64,000 bases of DNA from Pseudomonadota bacterium. GTDB lineage: Bacteria; Pseudomonadota; Alphaproteobacteria; Sphingomonadales; Sphingomonadaceae. The position numbers and the translations under genes were made by a program. How positions within the stretch are numbered: position 1 is the stretch's first letter; the number at the start of each line of letters is the position of its first letter. The stretch is taken from assembly GCA_018240895.1 (NCBI GenBank), contig JAFEEX010000029.1:851-64850 (forward strand), written 5' to 3'. Positions 9,623 through 18,841 of this stretch are shown here, in pieces. The notes under the pieces were generated by a model. That model did no database searches, was not told the origin of the DNA, and was given only the letters and a program-made list of their open reading frames with translations.

Positions 9623-10846
9623 ATGGCGGAAACCCATCCGCCGGCCATGCGCGAGGAGGCATTGAACGGGCAGGATGTCCAGCCGGATGGGCGCTCCGCG
9701 GCGCCAGGCGACCCTGACCCCGACAGAGCCTTTTCCCGCCCGGACGGCCAGAACCAAGATTCGGTGCAGCGCACCGGCATGGCAGGCGCGCCTTGGGGTA
9801 CCTTGCCGTTTCATCGCCAGGCCTTTGCCGCGATTGACCTTGGCACCAACAATTGCCGCTTGCTGATCGCCCGCCCACAAGGTGACAACTTTGTAGTGAT
9901 CGACGCCTTTAGCCGCGTTGTCCGCCTGGGCGAAGGGCTGGCGCAATCCGGGCGGCTGAGTGACGAGGCGATGGACCGCGCGCTGGGCGCCTTGACGATC
10001 TGTGCCGGCAAGCTACGCCGCCGCAATGTCCATCTTGCCCGATCGGTAGCCACCGAAGCCTGCCGGCGCGCCAGCAACGGCGGCGAATTTATCGAGCGGG
10101 TCCGCCGCGAAACCGGCATCGCGCTCGACATCATCAGCGCCAAGGAAGAAGCGCGGCTGGCGGTGCTGGGCTGCCACCTGCTGCTGGAACAGGGTGACGG
10201 CCCGGCGATGATCTTCGACATCGGCGGCGGATCGACCGAAATGGTGCTGGTTGAAAGCGTGCGAGGCGAAATCCCGCGGATCCGCGATTGGCAAAGCGTG
10301 CCTTGGGGGGTGGTGTCCCTGACCGAAACCTGCGGGACAGAGCCGGACGGCGATGCCGGCCGGGTAGCGCGCTATGCCCGGATGCGCGAGCTGGTGCGCG
10401 ATAGCCTGGCCCCCTTCACCATGCGGATCTGGGACCGGCTTGAGGATGAACGGGCCAGGAATATGCCGCTGCGTCTGCTGGGCACCAGCGGCACGGTAAC
10501 GACGCTGGCCAGCGTTCACCTCAACCTGCCGCAGTATGATCGCCGCGCGGTCGACGGGTTGATCATGCCGGCACAAGCGATGCGCGGGATTGCCGCAAGG
10601 CTTGCCGGGATGGACCCGGCGCAGCGGCGCGGTCTGGCCTGCATCGGCACCGAACGGTCTGACCTGGTGGTGGCAGGCTGCGCCATTCTGGAAACGATAC
10701 TGGACATCTGGCCCGCCGACCGGCTGGGAGTGGCTGACCGGGGCATTCGCGAAGGTATCTTGCGGAGCATGATGGCCGCCGGCGGCGCTGGCGAGAAAAG
10801 CCGTGCCGCGCTGCGGCTGGCGCGCCGGGGCGCGGACAAGCCATGA
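9623..10846 (+). CDS. ppx: Ppx/GppA family exopolyphosphatase
   Basis: AAIDLGTNNCRL, ATEACRRASN, FDIGGGSTE, RGIREG; start uncertain. Confidence 0.88.
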   Translation: MAETHPPAMREEALNGQDVQPDGRSAAPGDPDPDRAFSRPDGQNQDSVQRTGMAGAPWGTLPFHRQAFAAIDLGTNNCRLLIARPQGDNFVVIDAFSRVVRLGEGLAQSGRLSDEAMDRALGALTICAGKLRRRNVHLARSVATEACRRASNGGEFIERVRRETGIALDIISAKEEARLAVLGCHLLLEQGDGPAMIFDIGGGSTEMVLVESVRGEIPRIRDWQSVPWGVVSLTETCGTEPDGDAGRVARYARMRELVRDSLAPFTMRIWDRLEDERARNMPLRLLGTSGTVTTLASVHLNLPQYDRRAVDGLIMPAQAMRGIAARLAGMDPAQRRGLACIGTERSDLVVAGCAILETILDIWPADRLGVADRGIREGILRSMMAAGGAGEKSRAALRLARRGADKP

Positions 10847-11502
10847 CCCGATCAGGCCGCAATCCCGGTGAACGGCTGCGCACCGCCAAAAAGCGCACGG
10901 CCAGTTCCGCCAAGTGGCTGACCCGCCAGCTCAACGATCCTTATGTCAAGCTGGCCAAGGCCCAAGGCTGGCGCAGCCGGGCGGCCTTCAAGCTAATCGA
11001 GCTGGATGACAAATATGCCCTGATCAAGGGCGCGCAGCGGGTGGTCGATCTGGGGATTGCTCCGGGCGGGTGGAGCCAGGTGGTCAGGCAGCGCAACCCG
11101 CGCGCCGCTGTGGCCGGTATCGATCTGCTGCCGACCGATCCGATCGAGGGTGTGGCGATTTTCCATATGGACTTCATGGCTGATGACGCACCGGCGGTTC
11201 TGGCCGCTGCGCTGGACGGCCCGCCCGATCTGGTAATCTCTGACATGGCGGCCAACACCGTTGGCCACAAACAGACCGATCATCTGCGCACCATGGGGCT
11301 GGTTGAAACCGCCGCGCACTTTGCGATCGAACACCTCGCCCCGGGCGGCGCCTTTGTTGCCAAGGTGCTGGCGGGCGGCACCGATACCGATCTGCTTGCC
11401 CTGCTCAAGAAGCACTTCACCAGCGTCAAGCACGCCAAGCCGCCGGCCAGCCGCAAGGGTTCATCAGAATGGTACGTGATCGCCCAAGGGTTCAAGGGAT
11501 AG
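10843..11502 (+). CDS. rlmE: 23S rRNA Um2552 methyltransferase
   Basis: RSRAAFKL, DLGIAPGGWSQ, SDMAAN, KPPASRKGSSEWY. Confidence 0.95.
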   Translation: MTRSGRNPGERLRTAKKRTASSAKWLTRQLNDPYVKLAKAQGWRSRAAFKLIELDDKYALIKGAQRVVDLGIAPGGWSQVVRQRNPRAAVAGIDLLPTDPIEGVAIFHMDFMADDAPAVLAAALDGPPDLVISDMAANTVGHKQTDHLRTMGLVETAAHFAIEHLAPGGAFVAKVLAGGTDTDLLALLKKHFTSVKHAKPPASRKGSSEWYVIAQGFKG

Positions 11503-11505
11503 GAA

Positions 11506-12096
11506 ATGCAGCAACTGGCCCTGAGCGATATGTTTGGCTCCCGAGCCAACCGGCGTCTGTTTCTGGGAATCTGGCCCGGCGAAGTGGCGGTTGACGAACT
11601 GGACCAGCTGATGGAGCGCCTGCGCCGCGACGGGACCATTCCCGGCCGCACGGTCGACCGGGATCGCCTGCACGTGACGCTGCTTCATCTTGATGACTTC
11701 GTGGATCAGATCCCGCCCAGCCTGATCACCGCTGTTCAGACGGCAGCGGCAAGTTTGCAGTTCAAACCGTTTGACGTCGCGTTTGACCGGGTGTGCTGCA
11801 CGGCAAAGCACGTCTTGCTGTTTCCTTCGGATGCTCTTGCGGAGCTGCAAGAATTTCGCGCCGCGCTGCGATCAGCCTTGCTGGCCCAGGGTGTGTCAAC
11901 CTTGCTTTCGGCAAAGGCGCGTCAGGCGATTGGCCGGCCATACAACCCCCACGTCACCTTGTCCTACAATCCGGGCAGTGCCCCCGAGAAGCAGGTGGAG
12001 CCAATTCGCTGGACCGTGCGCGGGTTCCATCTGGTGGAAAGCCTGCTGGGACGGCACCAGCACATCAGACTGAACAGTTGGGCGCTTGGCACCTGA
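11506..12096 (+). CDS. 2H phosphoesterase (2'-5' RNA ligase/ThpR family)
   Basis: two HxT motifs (LHVTL, PHVTL); RLFLG N-terminus. Confidence 0.85.
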   Translation: MQQLALSDMFGSRANRRLFLGIWPGEVAVDELDQLMERLRRDGTIPGRTVDRDRLHVTLLHLDDFVDQIPPSLITAVQTAAASLQFKPFDVAFDRVCCTAKHVLLFPSDALAELQEFRAALRSALLAQGVSTLLSAKARQAIGRPYNPHVTLSYNPGSAPEKQVEPIRWTVRGFHLVESLLGRHQHIRLNSWALGT

Positions 12097-12216
12097 TCCC
12101 GGGCAGGCCGGGGGCGTGAGGAATGCGGAATAAAAGCGCGTTGTCACTGCCGCTTACCGGGCAAATCTTCGGACGAAGCCGCGTGTGTACCAGCGGCTAC
12201 CCCCTTTCGATCCCGT

Positions 12217-12717
12217 TCACCCTTCGATCGCGGTCAGGAGCTTCGCGAGCAAATCCGCCAGTTGCTCACGCGAATCGCCATCAAGCGAAGACAACAAATC
12301 GCGCTCGACAATCATGTCATCGGCAAAGGCCCTGTCGATCAGATTCCTGCCCGCTTCGGTCAGACGGACGCGCTTGCTGCGCTTGTCCTCTTCGCTGTCG
12401 ATGCGTTCGATCCAGCCGGACTGTTCAAGCCGCCGCAGCCGGTCAGTCAGCCCGCCCGACGAGATCATCAAGTCCTGATAGAGTTCGGTTGGCCGAACCG
12501 ATGGCTTGTCGGACCGACGCAAGGTGGCCAGCACATCAAATTCGCCAGTATCAAGACCATGGCGGGCAAATACTGCCTCGATCGGCGCGCGGGACAGCAG
12601 GGTCAGTCGCCGGGCGCGGGCGAGCACTTCCATCCCGTCCAGCGGCACATCGGGGGTTGCAGCGCGCCTCTGCGCAATAAGGCGTGCGACATGATCATTT
12701 CGCTGCGGTTTTGTCAT
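12217..12717 (-). CDS. MarR-family regulator, PecS/TamR-like
   Basis: DHV..LIAQ..., GEFDVLATLRRS, SSGGLTDRLRRLE, DKRSKRVRLT. Confidence 0.88.
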   Translation of the reverse strand: MTKPQRNDHVARLIAQRRAATPDVPLDGMEVLARARRLTLLSRAPIEAVFARHGLDTGEFDVLATLRRSDKPSVRPTELYQDLMISSGGLTDRLRRLEQSGWIERIDSEEDKRSKRVRLTEAGRNLIDRAFADDMIVERDLLSSLDGDSREQLADLLAKLLTAIEG

Positions 12718-12749
12718 TCCGGTCTCCGGTTTGACGAATTGGCGAATTT

Positions 12750-12793
12750 TATCTTGACGTCAAGATAATTCAATATATCTTGATATCGAGATA
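12750..12793. promoter_or_regulatory. Two PecS/UrtR-type palindromic operators
   Basis: TATCTTGACGTCAAGATA (12750-12767, perfect) and TATCTTGATATCGAGATA (12776-12793) between the divergent marR and cupin genes. Confidence 0.8.
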
Positions 12794-12807
12794 AACGGAG
12801 AACCCCG

Positions 12808-13242
12808 ATGCAACCTGCACCGATTGACACCGAAGCCCTTGCCTGGATGCCCCTTGCTGAGGGCATTTCCACCAAGCCGTTGCGCTTCGCGGGTGAGGAG
12901 CGTACCCAGTTGCTCAAGGTCGAACCGGGGGTGAGCGTCGGCCTGCATAGCCATGGCGGCTACGTGCACGCTTTTGCCCTGTCCGGCTCGCGATTGCTGG
13001 ACGGCCAGGTGATTGCCGGACCGGGTAGCTATGCCTTTGAACCAAGTGGCAACCGCGATTGCTGGAAATGCACGGGCAACGAGCCTGTGATACTGTTTAT
13101 CCACATGGCGGGCGCGCTGGTCAGTTTTGACGCGCAGGGCAAGGAAAGCGGACGGACCACGACAGAGGGGCTGCGCCAGCGCTACGTAGCCTGGTGCGGG
13201 ACAGAGGGGCATCCCCCGGTCGCGATCGGAGCACGGCAATGA
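12808..13242 (+). CDS. Cupin (ChrR / 2,4'-dihydroxyacetophenone dioxygenase-like)
   Basis: W-x-P...KPLRF...LLKVEPG...HSHGG-x-VH cupin motif. Confidence 0.75.
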   Translation: MQPAPIDTEALAWMPLAEGISTKPLRFAGEERTQLLKVEPGVSVGLHSHGGYVHAFALSGSRLLDGQVIAGPGSYAFEPSGNRDCWKCTGNEPVILFIHMAGALVSFDAQGKESGRTTTEGLRQRYVAWCGTEGHPPVAIGARQ

Positions 13243-14045
13243 GCAACCCGATCTGCGCGGCGTGCGGCACCTGGTATCCCGAGGCACCGGCCAGTCCCGC
13301 TGCGTGTCCGATTTGCGAGGATGATCGCCAATATGTCCCGCGCGGCGGCCAGCAATGGCTCACCTCGTCGGAACTTGCCCGGACATATGCGAACCGGCTT
13401 GAAGACGACGACGGCGTGCCGGGAATCGGGATGGTGCCCGCCTTCGCCATCAACCAGCGCTGCTGTCTGGTCGAGACGGCGAGCGGCACCGTCCTGTGGG
13501 AAACGACCAGCCTGGTCACCGACCAGGCCGTTCAAGCCATTCTCGCGCGCGGCCCGGTCAAGGCGATCGCGATTTCCCATCCGCACTTCTATGCGGCGAT
13601 GGTTCGCTGGGCGGAGGCGCTGGATTGTCCGATCATGCTGCCCGCAGCGGACCGTGCCTGGGTTCAGTGCCCGTCATCGCGCATTCGCTTCTGGGAAGGT
13701 GACCGTTGTGAACTGGCACCCGGCCTGACGCTGATCCGTTGCGGCGGCCACTTTGCAGGAAGTTCGGTGCTGCACTGGCAGGATCAGTGCTGCCCCGAAG
13801 GCGCGCTGTTCGCCGGCGACACCGTGCAGGTCGCGCTTGATCGCAAACGCGTGTCCGCCATGCATTCCTATCCCAATGCCATACCCCTGGGACCAGAGCA
13901 GATCAGCGCGATTGCCTCGGCCATCGTCGGCCTGCGTTTTGACCGGCTCTATGGATATACCTGGGGCCGCAACGTCATCGCCAATGGTGATCGCATAGTC
14001 GCCGAATCCCTCGCCGCTTACCTGAAAGCTATTGCGCCCGGGTGA
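13239..14045 (+). CDS. Metallo-beta-lactamase-fold hydrolase with N-terminal CxxC/CxxC
   Basis: CAACG...CPICEDDRQY, ISHPHFY, GGHFAGS, AGD; ATGA overlap with the cupin. Confidence 0.85.
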   Translation: MSNPICAACGTWYPEAPASPAACPICEDDRQYVPRGGQQWLTSSELARTYANRLEDDDGVPGIGMVPAFAINQRCCLVETASGTVLWETTSLVTDQAVQAILARGPVKAIAISHPHFYAAMVRWAEALDCPIMLPAADRAWVQCPSSRIRFWEGDRCELAPGLTLIRCGGHFAGSSVLHWQDQCCPEGALFAGDTVQVALDRKRVSAMHSYPNAIPLGPEQISAIASAIVGLRFDRLYGYTWGRNVIANGDRIVAESLAAYLKAIAPG

Positions 14046-14101
14046 AAGGGTTGCTCGCTCACCGTTTCGCGCGCCCTTGATCGCCCCCCTCCAGCCACTG
14101 C

Positions 14102-14146
14102 AATCCAAACGCTGGTTACCTTCGATCCGAAACAATGCATTTCTCC
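14102..14146 (+). promoter_or_regulatory. nod-box-like LysR binding site
   Basis: AATCCAAACGCTGGTTACCTTCGATCCGAAACAATGCATTTCTCC aligns to the nod-box layout (ATCCA...22 nt...ATCC-AAACAAT). Confidence 0.6.
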
Positions 14147-14194
14147 CCGTTCGATTGGCTGCCCATAAGGCGGTCATTCCAACGGGGAGAATCC

Positions 14195-15268
14195 ATGTCA
14201 GTCCTTGGCGTTGAAAGTGTCGTCTTCGGTGTGTCAGACCTTGCCGAGAACACACGGTTCTGGAGCGACTTCGGCTTGCCGCTGGAAAGCGCCGGGCCGA
14301 ACGAAACGGTGTTCCGCCTTGCATCGGGGAGCCGGGTGGTTCTGCTGCGCCACGGTGATGCGCGCCTGCCCTCACCCGATCCCTTCGCCGGAGACGGATT
14401 GAAGGAAACGGTCTGGGGGATCGATACGGCTAAAAACCTTGAGGCAATGGCCGCCAGCCTTGCCGGCGAGGTGCCCGTCACCCGCGATGGCGATGGCACC
14501 GTCCGCGCGGTCTGCCCCGATGGTCAACCGATTGCGCTGCGGGTGTGGGACAGACGCGTGGTGGTCAGCGAAGCCTCGCCCGTCAACACCCCGGGCAGCT
14601 TCCCCCGCTTTAACCAGCACCGTATCTGGCGCCAGCGCGCCATCCCCAAGACGATCAACCACGTGGTGTTCTTCAGCACCGACTATGTCGGCAGCTTTGA
14701 ATTCTATGAGCGACACCTGGGCTTTCGCTATACCGACCATTCAAAGGGCACCGGGATATTTGCCCGCGCTGATGGCACGTTTGAGCATCACAGCATCTTC
14801 TGGGTCAATTCCGACCTGCCGATTGCCCCTGATCATTTCAAATTCATGCACATCGCCTTTGGCTGCGATGACATTGACGAGGTGATGCTGGGCGCGAACA
14901 TCATGGAAGCGAAAGGCTGGAAGAACGAGAGCATGAACAGCTCTGGCGGGATTTCCCGCCACCGGATCAGCTCGGCGATCTATTATTATTGCGACATCCC
15001 CGGCAAGGCGGGCGAGGCGGAATACCACGCCGACACCGATTACCTTGACGATAACTGGGTGCCGCGGGCCTGGGATTTCCGCTTTGGCTCGCTGCTGTGG
15101 AGCAACAATGCCCCGCCGATCTTCCGCGGTGACAATATCCCGTGGGACATGCAGTTTGACAGGGATCGCGCCAGCTTTGAACCCTATCGCAAAGCCACGC
15201 CCGGCAAACGGCCAACTACCGACCCAACGCTGGCGCGGCTGACCGCGGACGACGAGCACGCGATTTGA
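14195..15268 (+). CDS. Two-domain VOC protein, extradiol ring-cleavage dioxygenase-like (FdeC-like)
   Basis: NHVVF, EHHSIF, MHIAF, SRHRISSAIYYY, EAEYHAD (His/His/Glu metal triad pattern); GGGGAG RBS. Confidence 0.8.
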   Translation: MSVLGVESVVFGVSDLAENTRFWSDFGLPLESAGPNETVFRLASGSRVVLLRHGDARLPSPDPFAGDGLKETVWGIDTAKNLEAMAASLAGEVPVTRDGDGTVRAVCPDGQPIALRVWDRRVVVSEASPVNTPGSFPRFNQHRIWRQRAIPKTINHVVFFSTDYVGSFEFYERHLGFRYTDHSKGTGIFARADGTFEHHSIFWVNSDLPIAPDHFKFMHIAFGCDDIDEVMLGANIMEAKGWKNESMNSSGGISRHRISSAIYYYCDIPGKAGEAEYHADTDYLDDNWVPRAWDFRFGSLLWSNNAPPIFRGDNIPWDMQFDRDRASFEPYRKATPGKRPTTDPTLARLTADDEHAI

Positions 15269-15284
15269 CGCGCAGGGCAGTGTG

Positions 15285-16241
15285 ATGGCCGGGGCAAGGC
15301 GCAGGATGATGGTGCTGCTGGCCACGGCGCTGGCGATGTCCAGCGCCGCCGGGGCCGAACCGCCGCCCGGGCTGCCGCCCCTGTTTGCCCCGCCGCTGCC
15401 CGTGCAAACGGACCCGGCAACGCGCACCTTCCCCGGCGGGGTCAAGATGTTCGGCGATGTTACCTATGCCGAGCGCACCGGATACCGGCCGCTCAAACTT
15501 GATCTCTATCTGCCAAAACCTTCCGGGAAAGCCGCGGCAAGGCCGCTGGTGGTCTGGATCCATGGCGGCGGCTATGAAGTGGGCAATCCGCGCACCGACT
15601 GGACCTATGGAGACTGGTCGGCGGTGCTCGCCCGGCTGGCCGCGCGCGGCTATGTTGTCGCCGGGATTTCCTATCGCCTGTCGGCAGAAGCGCGCTGGCC
15701 GGCGCAGTTGGATGATGCCCATGCCGCGCTGGCCTTTCTCCACACCAATGCCGGGCGCTGGGGGATTGATCCCGCCAGAACCTATGTCTGGGGGCTGTCG
15801 GCAGGCGGCCAGCTGGCGGCGCTGCTGGGAACGCTCAGCAAGGACAGCCCTGCCGCCATGCAGGTGCAGGGCGTGGTTGACTGGTTCGGTCCGGTCGATT
15901 TTGAGGCACAGCACGCCAGCAACACCAATGGCCCGGAATCGCGCCTGTTCGGCTGCACCGATCGGCCCTGCGCGCCTGAGGTGCTGCGCGCAGCCAGCCC
16001 GATCAACCATGTGTCACCCGCCACACCGCCCATGCTGATAATCCACGGCGTGCAGGATCATCTGGTATCCATCACCCAAAGCGATGCCTTTGCCGAACGG
16101 CTGAAGGCGCGAGGGGTTGACGTTACCTATCAGCGACTTCCCGGGCTCGATCACGGGTTCGAAGGCGGCAGCAAGGCGCAGCAGGAGCAAATCCTGCTTG
16201 ATACCTTCACCTTCTTCAACCGGATTTCCGCCCGGCGTTGA
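15285..16241 (+). CDS. Secreted alpha/beta hydrolase (HSL-type esterase)
   Basis: signal peptide, HGGG oxyanion motif, GLSAGG nucleophile, HGVQD, DHGF. Confidence 0.85.
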   Translation: MAGARRRMMVLLATALAMSSAAGAEPPPGLPPLFAPPLPVQTDPATRTFPGGVKMFGDVTYAERTGYRPLKLDLYLPKPSGKAAARPLVVWIHGGGYEVGNPRTDWTYGDWSAVLARLAARGYVVAGISYRLSAEARWPAQLDDAHAALAFLHTNAGRWGIDPARTYVWGLSAGGQLAALLGTLSKDSPAAMQVQGVVDWFGPVDFEAQHASNTNGPESRLFGCTDRPCAPEVLRAASPINHVSPATPPMLIIHGVQDHLVSITQSDAFAERLKARGVDVTYQRLPGLDHGFEGGSKAQQEQILLDTFTFFNRISARR

Positions 16242-16289
16242 CCGCTGTCACGTTGGTGCCACGCATCTTGCAGATCAACAAAACCAGAT

Positions 16290-16841
16290 TCAGTGCGGCA
16301 ACCGATGTTTGCAAGACAATCGCATCTCGACCGAAGGAACGCTGTAACCAAGCGCGAGGCAGGACCGATGCGACCGGCCAATCTCCTCAAACCCCAGCTT
16401 TTGAAGTACCCTGCCCGATGGCTCATTTCCCACCCAATGGCCCGATAGGATGAACGGAAGCTTCAGTTCAACGAACCCGAAATCCACGACAGCGCTGGCG
16501 GCCTCAGTCACAAATCCTCGACCCCAAAATGCCTGAGACAGCCAATATCCCAATTCGGCGGTACCCGTTTCTGCGTCAGGGGTTAACCCAACGCAGCCAA
16601 TCAACCGGGCAGAACCTTTCATAACTATGGCCCACGTCCATTCTTTTGGAACTATTTCTTCGAGGAAAAATTTCGCATCGTCCGGACCGTAGGGGTGTGG
16701 CACGCGACCAAGGCGTCGTGCGACTTCCCAGTCACCAACCGCTTCTACAATACATTCCACATCGCGCCTGTCAGGGCGGCGCAGCAACAACCGTTCGGTG
16801 TGCAGATCGGGTCGCTTGGACAGGTCTGGTTGATCGTTCAT
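16290..16841 (-). CDS. GNAT (RimJ/RimL-type) N-acetyltransferase
   Basis: TERLLLR, AELGYWL, FWGRGFVTEA, N-x-PSGRVLQKLGF. Confidence 0.85.
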   Translation of the reverse strand: MNDQPDLSKRPDLHTERLLLRRPDRRDVECIVEAVGDWEVARRLGRVPHPYGPDDAKFFLEEIVPKEWTWAIVMKGSARLIGCVGLTPDAETGTAELGYWLSQAFWGRGFVTEAASAVVDFGFVELKLPFILSGHWVGNEPSGRVLQKLGFEEIGRSHRSCLALGYSVPSVEMRLSCKHRLPH

Positions 16842-16995
16842 ACTGCCCCGCAAGTTAACACAGCTGGCGCGACAGGCAATGCCAGATGGCGGCGCAGACG
16901 GCCACGTCCCCGTCCAATTGCGCGCAGGCATGACCTGGCTTGAAGTCTGACCGCGGGATTGATCACCGCATCGCAGACGCATAGCGTGGCGGGCT

Positions 16996-17328
16996 ATGGA
17001 TTTTGTTCAGTCCGGCTATCGCGGGTCGTTGATCGCTGACATTCGCTCAGGCTGGTGCTTTGCGCGCCTGCGCCGTCAATCGTTGCAGTGGGGAATGGAC
17101 CCGGCGCTGGTGGCACAGGCGGCGGAGCTGTGTCCGGCTTTGTGGGACTATGCCGATGCAACCCATGCGGTGATGTACGCTGACGCGGACTTGCGGATTG
17201 TGCTTGACCGGATCTGGCACGGCTATCCCGATGCGCCGCAGTTTGCCCTGGCGGTGTTTCGCGGCGGACGGATGCGGGTGTTGTGGAATTTTCAGCACTG
17301 GCCCCAGCGCTGGACAATCACGCGCTGA
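16996..17328 (+). CDS. Hypothetical protein (uncertain)
   Basis: 110-aa ORF filling the gap; no recognised motif. Confidence 0.35.
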   Translation: MDFVQSGYRGSLIADIRSGWCFARLRRQSLQWGMDPALVAQAAELCPALWDYADATHAVMYADADLRIVLDRIWHGYPDAPQFALAVFRGGRMRVLWNFQHWPQRWTITR

Positions 17329-17339
17329 ACAGGCCCGCG

Positions 17340-17984
17340 TTAAAGCCGGGAACTGCCCGCGCTCCATTTGACCGAAATTTCTATCCCGCTGCCGATCGGC
17401 AGAAGCGCGCTTTGCAGATCGGGCTTGCCTGCCACCGCCGCGCGGTAGGCGCGCATATCCGGGCGCGACATGGCCGGTTCAATCACATTATCGGCGCAGA
17501 CGATCGCTTCCTCCGCCAGCCGGGGATGGAACGCGTCCAGGCATGGGACGTAAAGTTCCTTCCAGATGTCGAGCAGGACGAAATCCCATTCGCCCGGATC
17601 TGCGGCGATCATCGCCACGGCATCGCCCAGCCGGAAATCGACCCGGTCGGCAAGTCCCGCCTCGGCCAGTTGCGCGCTGGCGTGGGCCTGTTTGTATTCG
17701 GCCAGTTCCATGGTCACCACCTGCGCCCCCACGATCCGCGCCGCATCGGCCAGGAACAGGGTGGAATAGCCATAGCTGGTGCCAAGTTCCAGGATCCGCC
17801 GCGGCCGCCGGGCAGTGATCAGCGCATGAAGGAACCAGCCAACTGCCTCTCCCACCGGCAGCAGAAACTCGTCGCGGACCGCGAACCCGGCGGGGCCAAG
17901 TTCGCGCATCCGCGCCGCATCGGCGGCCTCACGCGCCAGATAGCGCGTGAAAACCGCCTGAACCGCAGGATCGGCAAAGATCAC
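17340..17984 (-). CDS. SAM-dependent O-methyltransferase (CCoAOMT/COMT-like)
   Basis: ILELGTSYGYST, DFVLLDIWK, ADNV. Confidence 0.88.
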   Translation of the reverse strand: MIFADPAVQAVFTRYLAREAADAARMRELGPAGFAVRDEFLLPVGEAVGWFLHALITARRPRRILELGTSYGYSTLFLADAARIVGAQVVTMELAEYKQAHASAQLAEAGLADRVDFRLGDAVAMIAADPGEWDFVLLDIWKELYVPCLDAFHPRLAEEAIVCADNVIEPAMSRPDMRAYRAAVAGKPDLQSALLPIGSGIEISVKWSAGSSRL

Positions 17985-18397
17985 GCGGCGGACCTGCCGG
18001 CATTATCAAGCGACAGGGGGCCGGCCCCGGCGGCGGAGAGCCACAGGAAGATGAAGGTGTAAAGGTAGGCCGCTTCACCATTGTTGGTTGCCGGGATAAT
18101 CCCCATGGGCGCGTGGACCATGAAATAGCCCACCGCCATTTCCCCAGCGAGCAGGAAGGCCACCGGACGGGTGAAGAACCCGATCAGCACCAGGAAACCG
18201 CCGACCAGTTCCAGCAGCCCGGCAACGCCCATGAACGATAACGGCGAAACCGGCATCGGCGGCATTCCCGGCGGCGCGGCGGGGAAACCCAGCAGCTTCA
18301 TCGTGCCGTGTGACATGAAGCTGAGGGCGGCCATGATCCGCAGCACGGCGTGCAGCGTTCCGGCAAAACGGGACAGGCTCAATGGATCGCGATTCAT
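17981..18397 (-). CDS. DoxX family membrane protein
   Basis: HGTMKLLGFP, GFFTRPVAFLLAGEMAV, GAGPLSLD. Confidence 0.9.
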   Translation of the reverse strand: MNRDPLSLSRFAGTLHAVLRIMAALSFMSHGTMKLLGFPAAPPGMPPMPVSPLSFMGVAGLLELVGGFLVLIGFFTRPVAFLLAGEMAVGYFMVHAPMGIIPATNNGEAAYLYTFIFLWLSAAGAGPLSLDNAGRSAA

Positions 18398-18436
18398 GAC
18401 ATTCTCCCCCTTCCAAGCGCCCCCAATTGGGGCCAA

Positions 18437-18841
18437 TCAATCGCCTTCTTCAACAAATTCAATCAGATTGCCGGCGCAGTCGCGGATGAACGCGCCCTTG
18501 CCGAATTTCTCGCGCACGACAAAGGCGATGTCGACCGCCTTGGCCTCCATCTCGGTCAGGAACTGCTCCAGATCGGCGACGCGGAAGGCCAGATGCTTGT
18601 TGCCGTGCGTCCTCAGGTCGCTGGGCGGATGGCGGCGGTCATCGGGCAGCGGTGCGGCCCCTTCCACCTCAAACAGTTCAAAGCGCAGCGGACCTTTCTT
18701 CAGCATGGCGGTGTGGCTGCGCGCCGCCTCTATCCAGAAGCGCTTTTCCACCTCGAAACCCAACACCCGGCCATACCAGTCGATCGCGGCGTCAAGGCTG
18801 GGGACAGAGACCCCGCCGTGGTGAAAGGTAAAATCAGCCAT
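18437..18841 (-). CDS. Single-domain VOC/glyoxalase protein
   Basis: HHGGVSV, FELFE, KHLAF, GNLIEF. Confidence 0.88.
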   Translation of the reverse strand: MADFTFHHGGVSVPSLDAAIDWYGRVLGFEVEKRFWIEAARSHTAMLKKGPLRFELFEVEGAAPLPDDRRHPPSDLRTHGNKHLAFRVADLEQFLTEMEAKAVDIAFVVREKFGKGAFIRDCAGNLIEFVEEGD

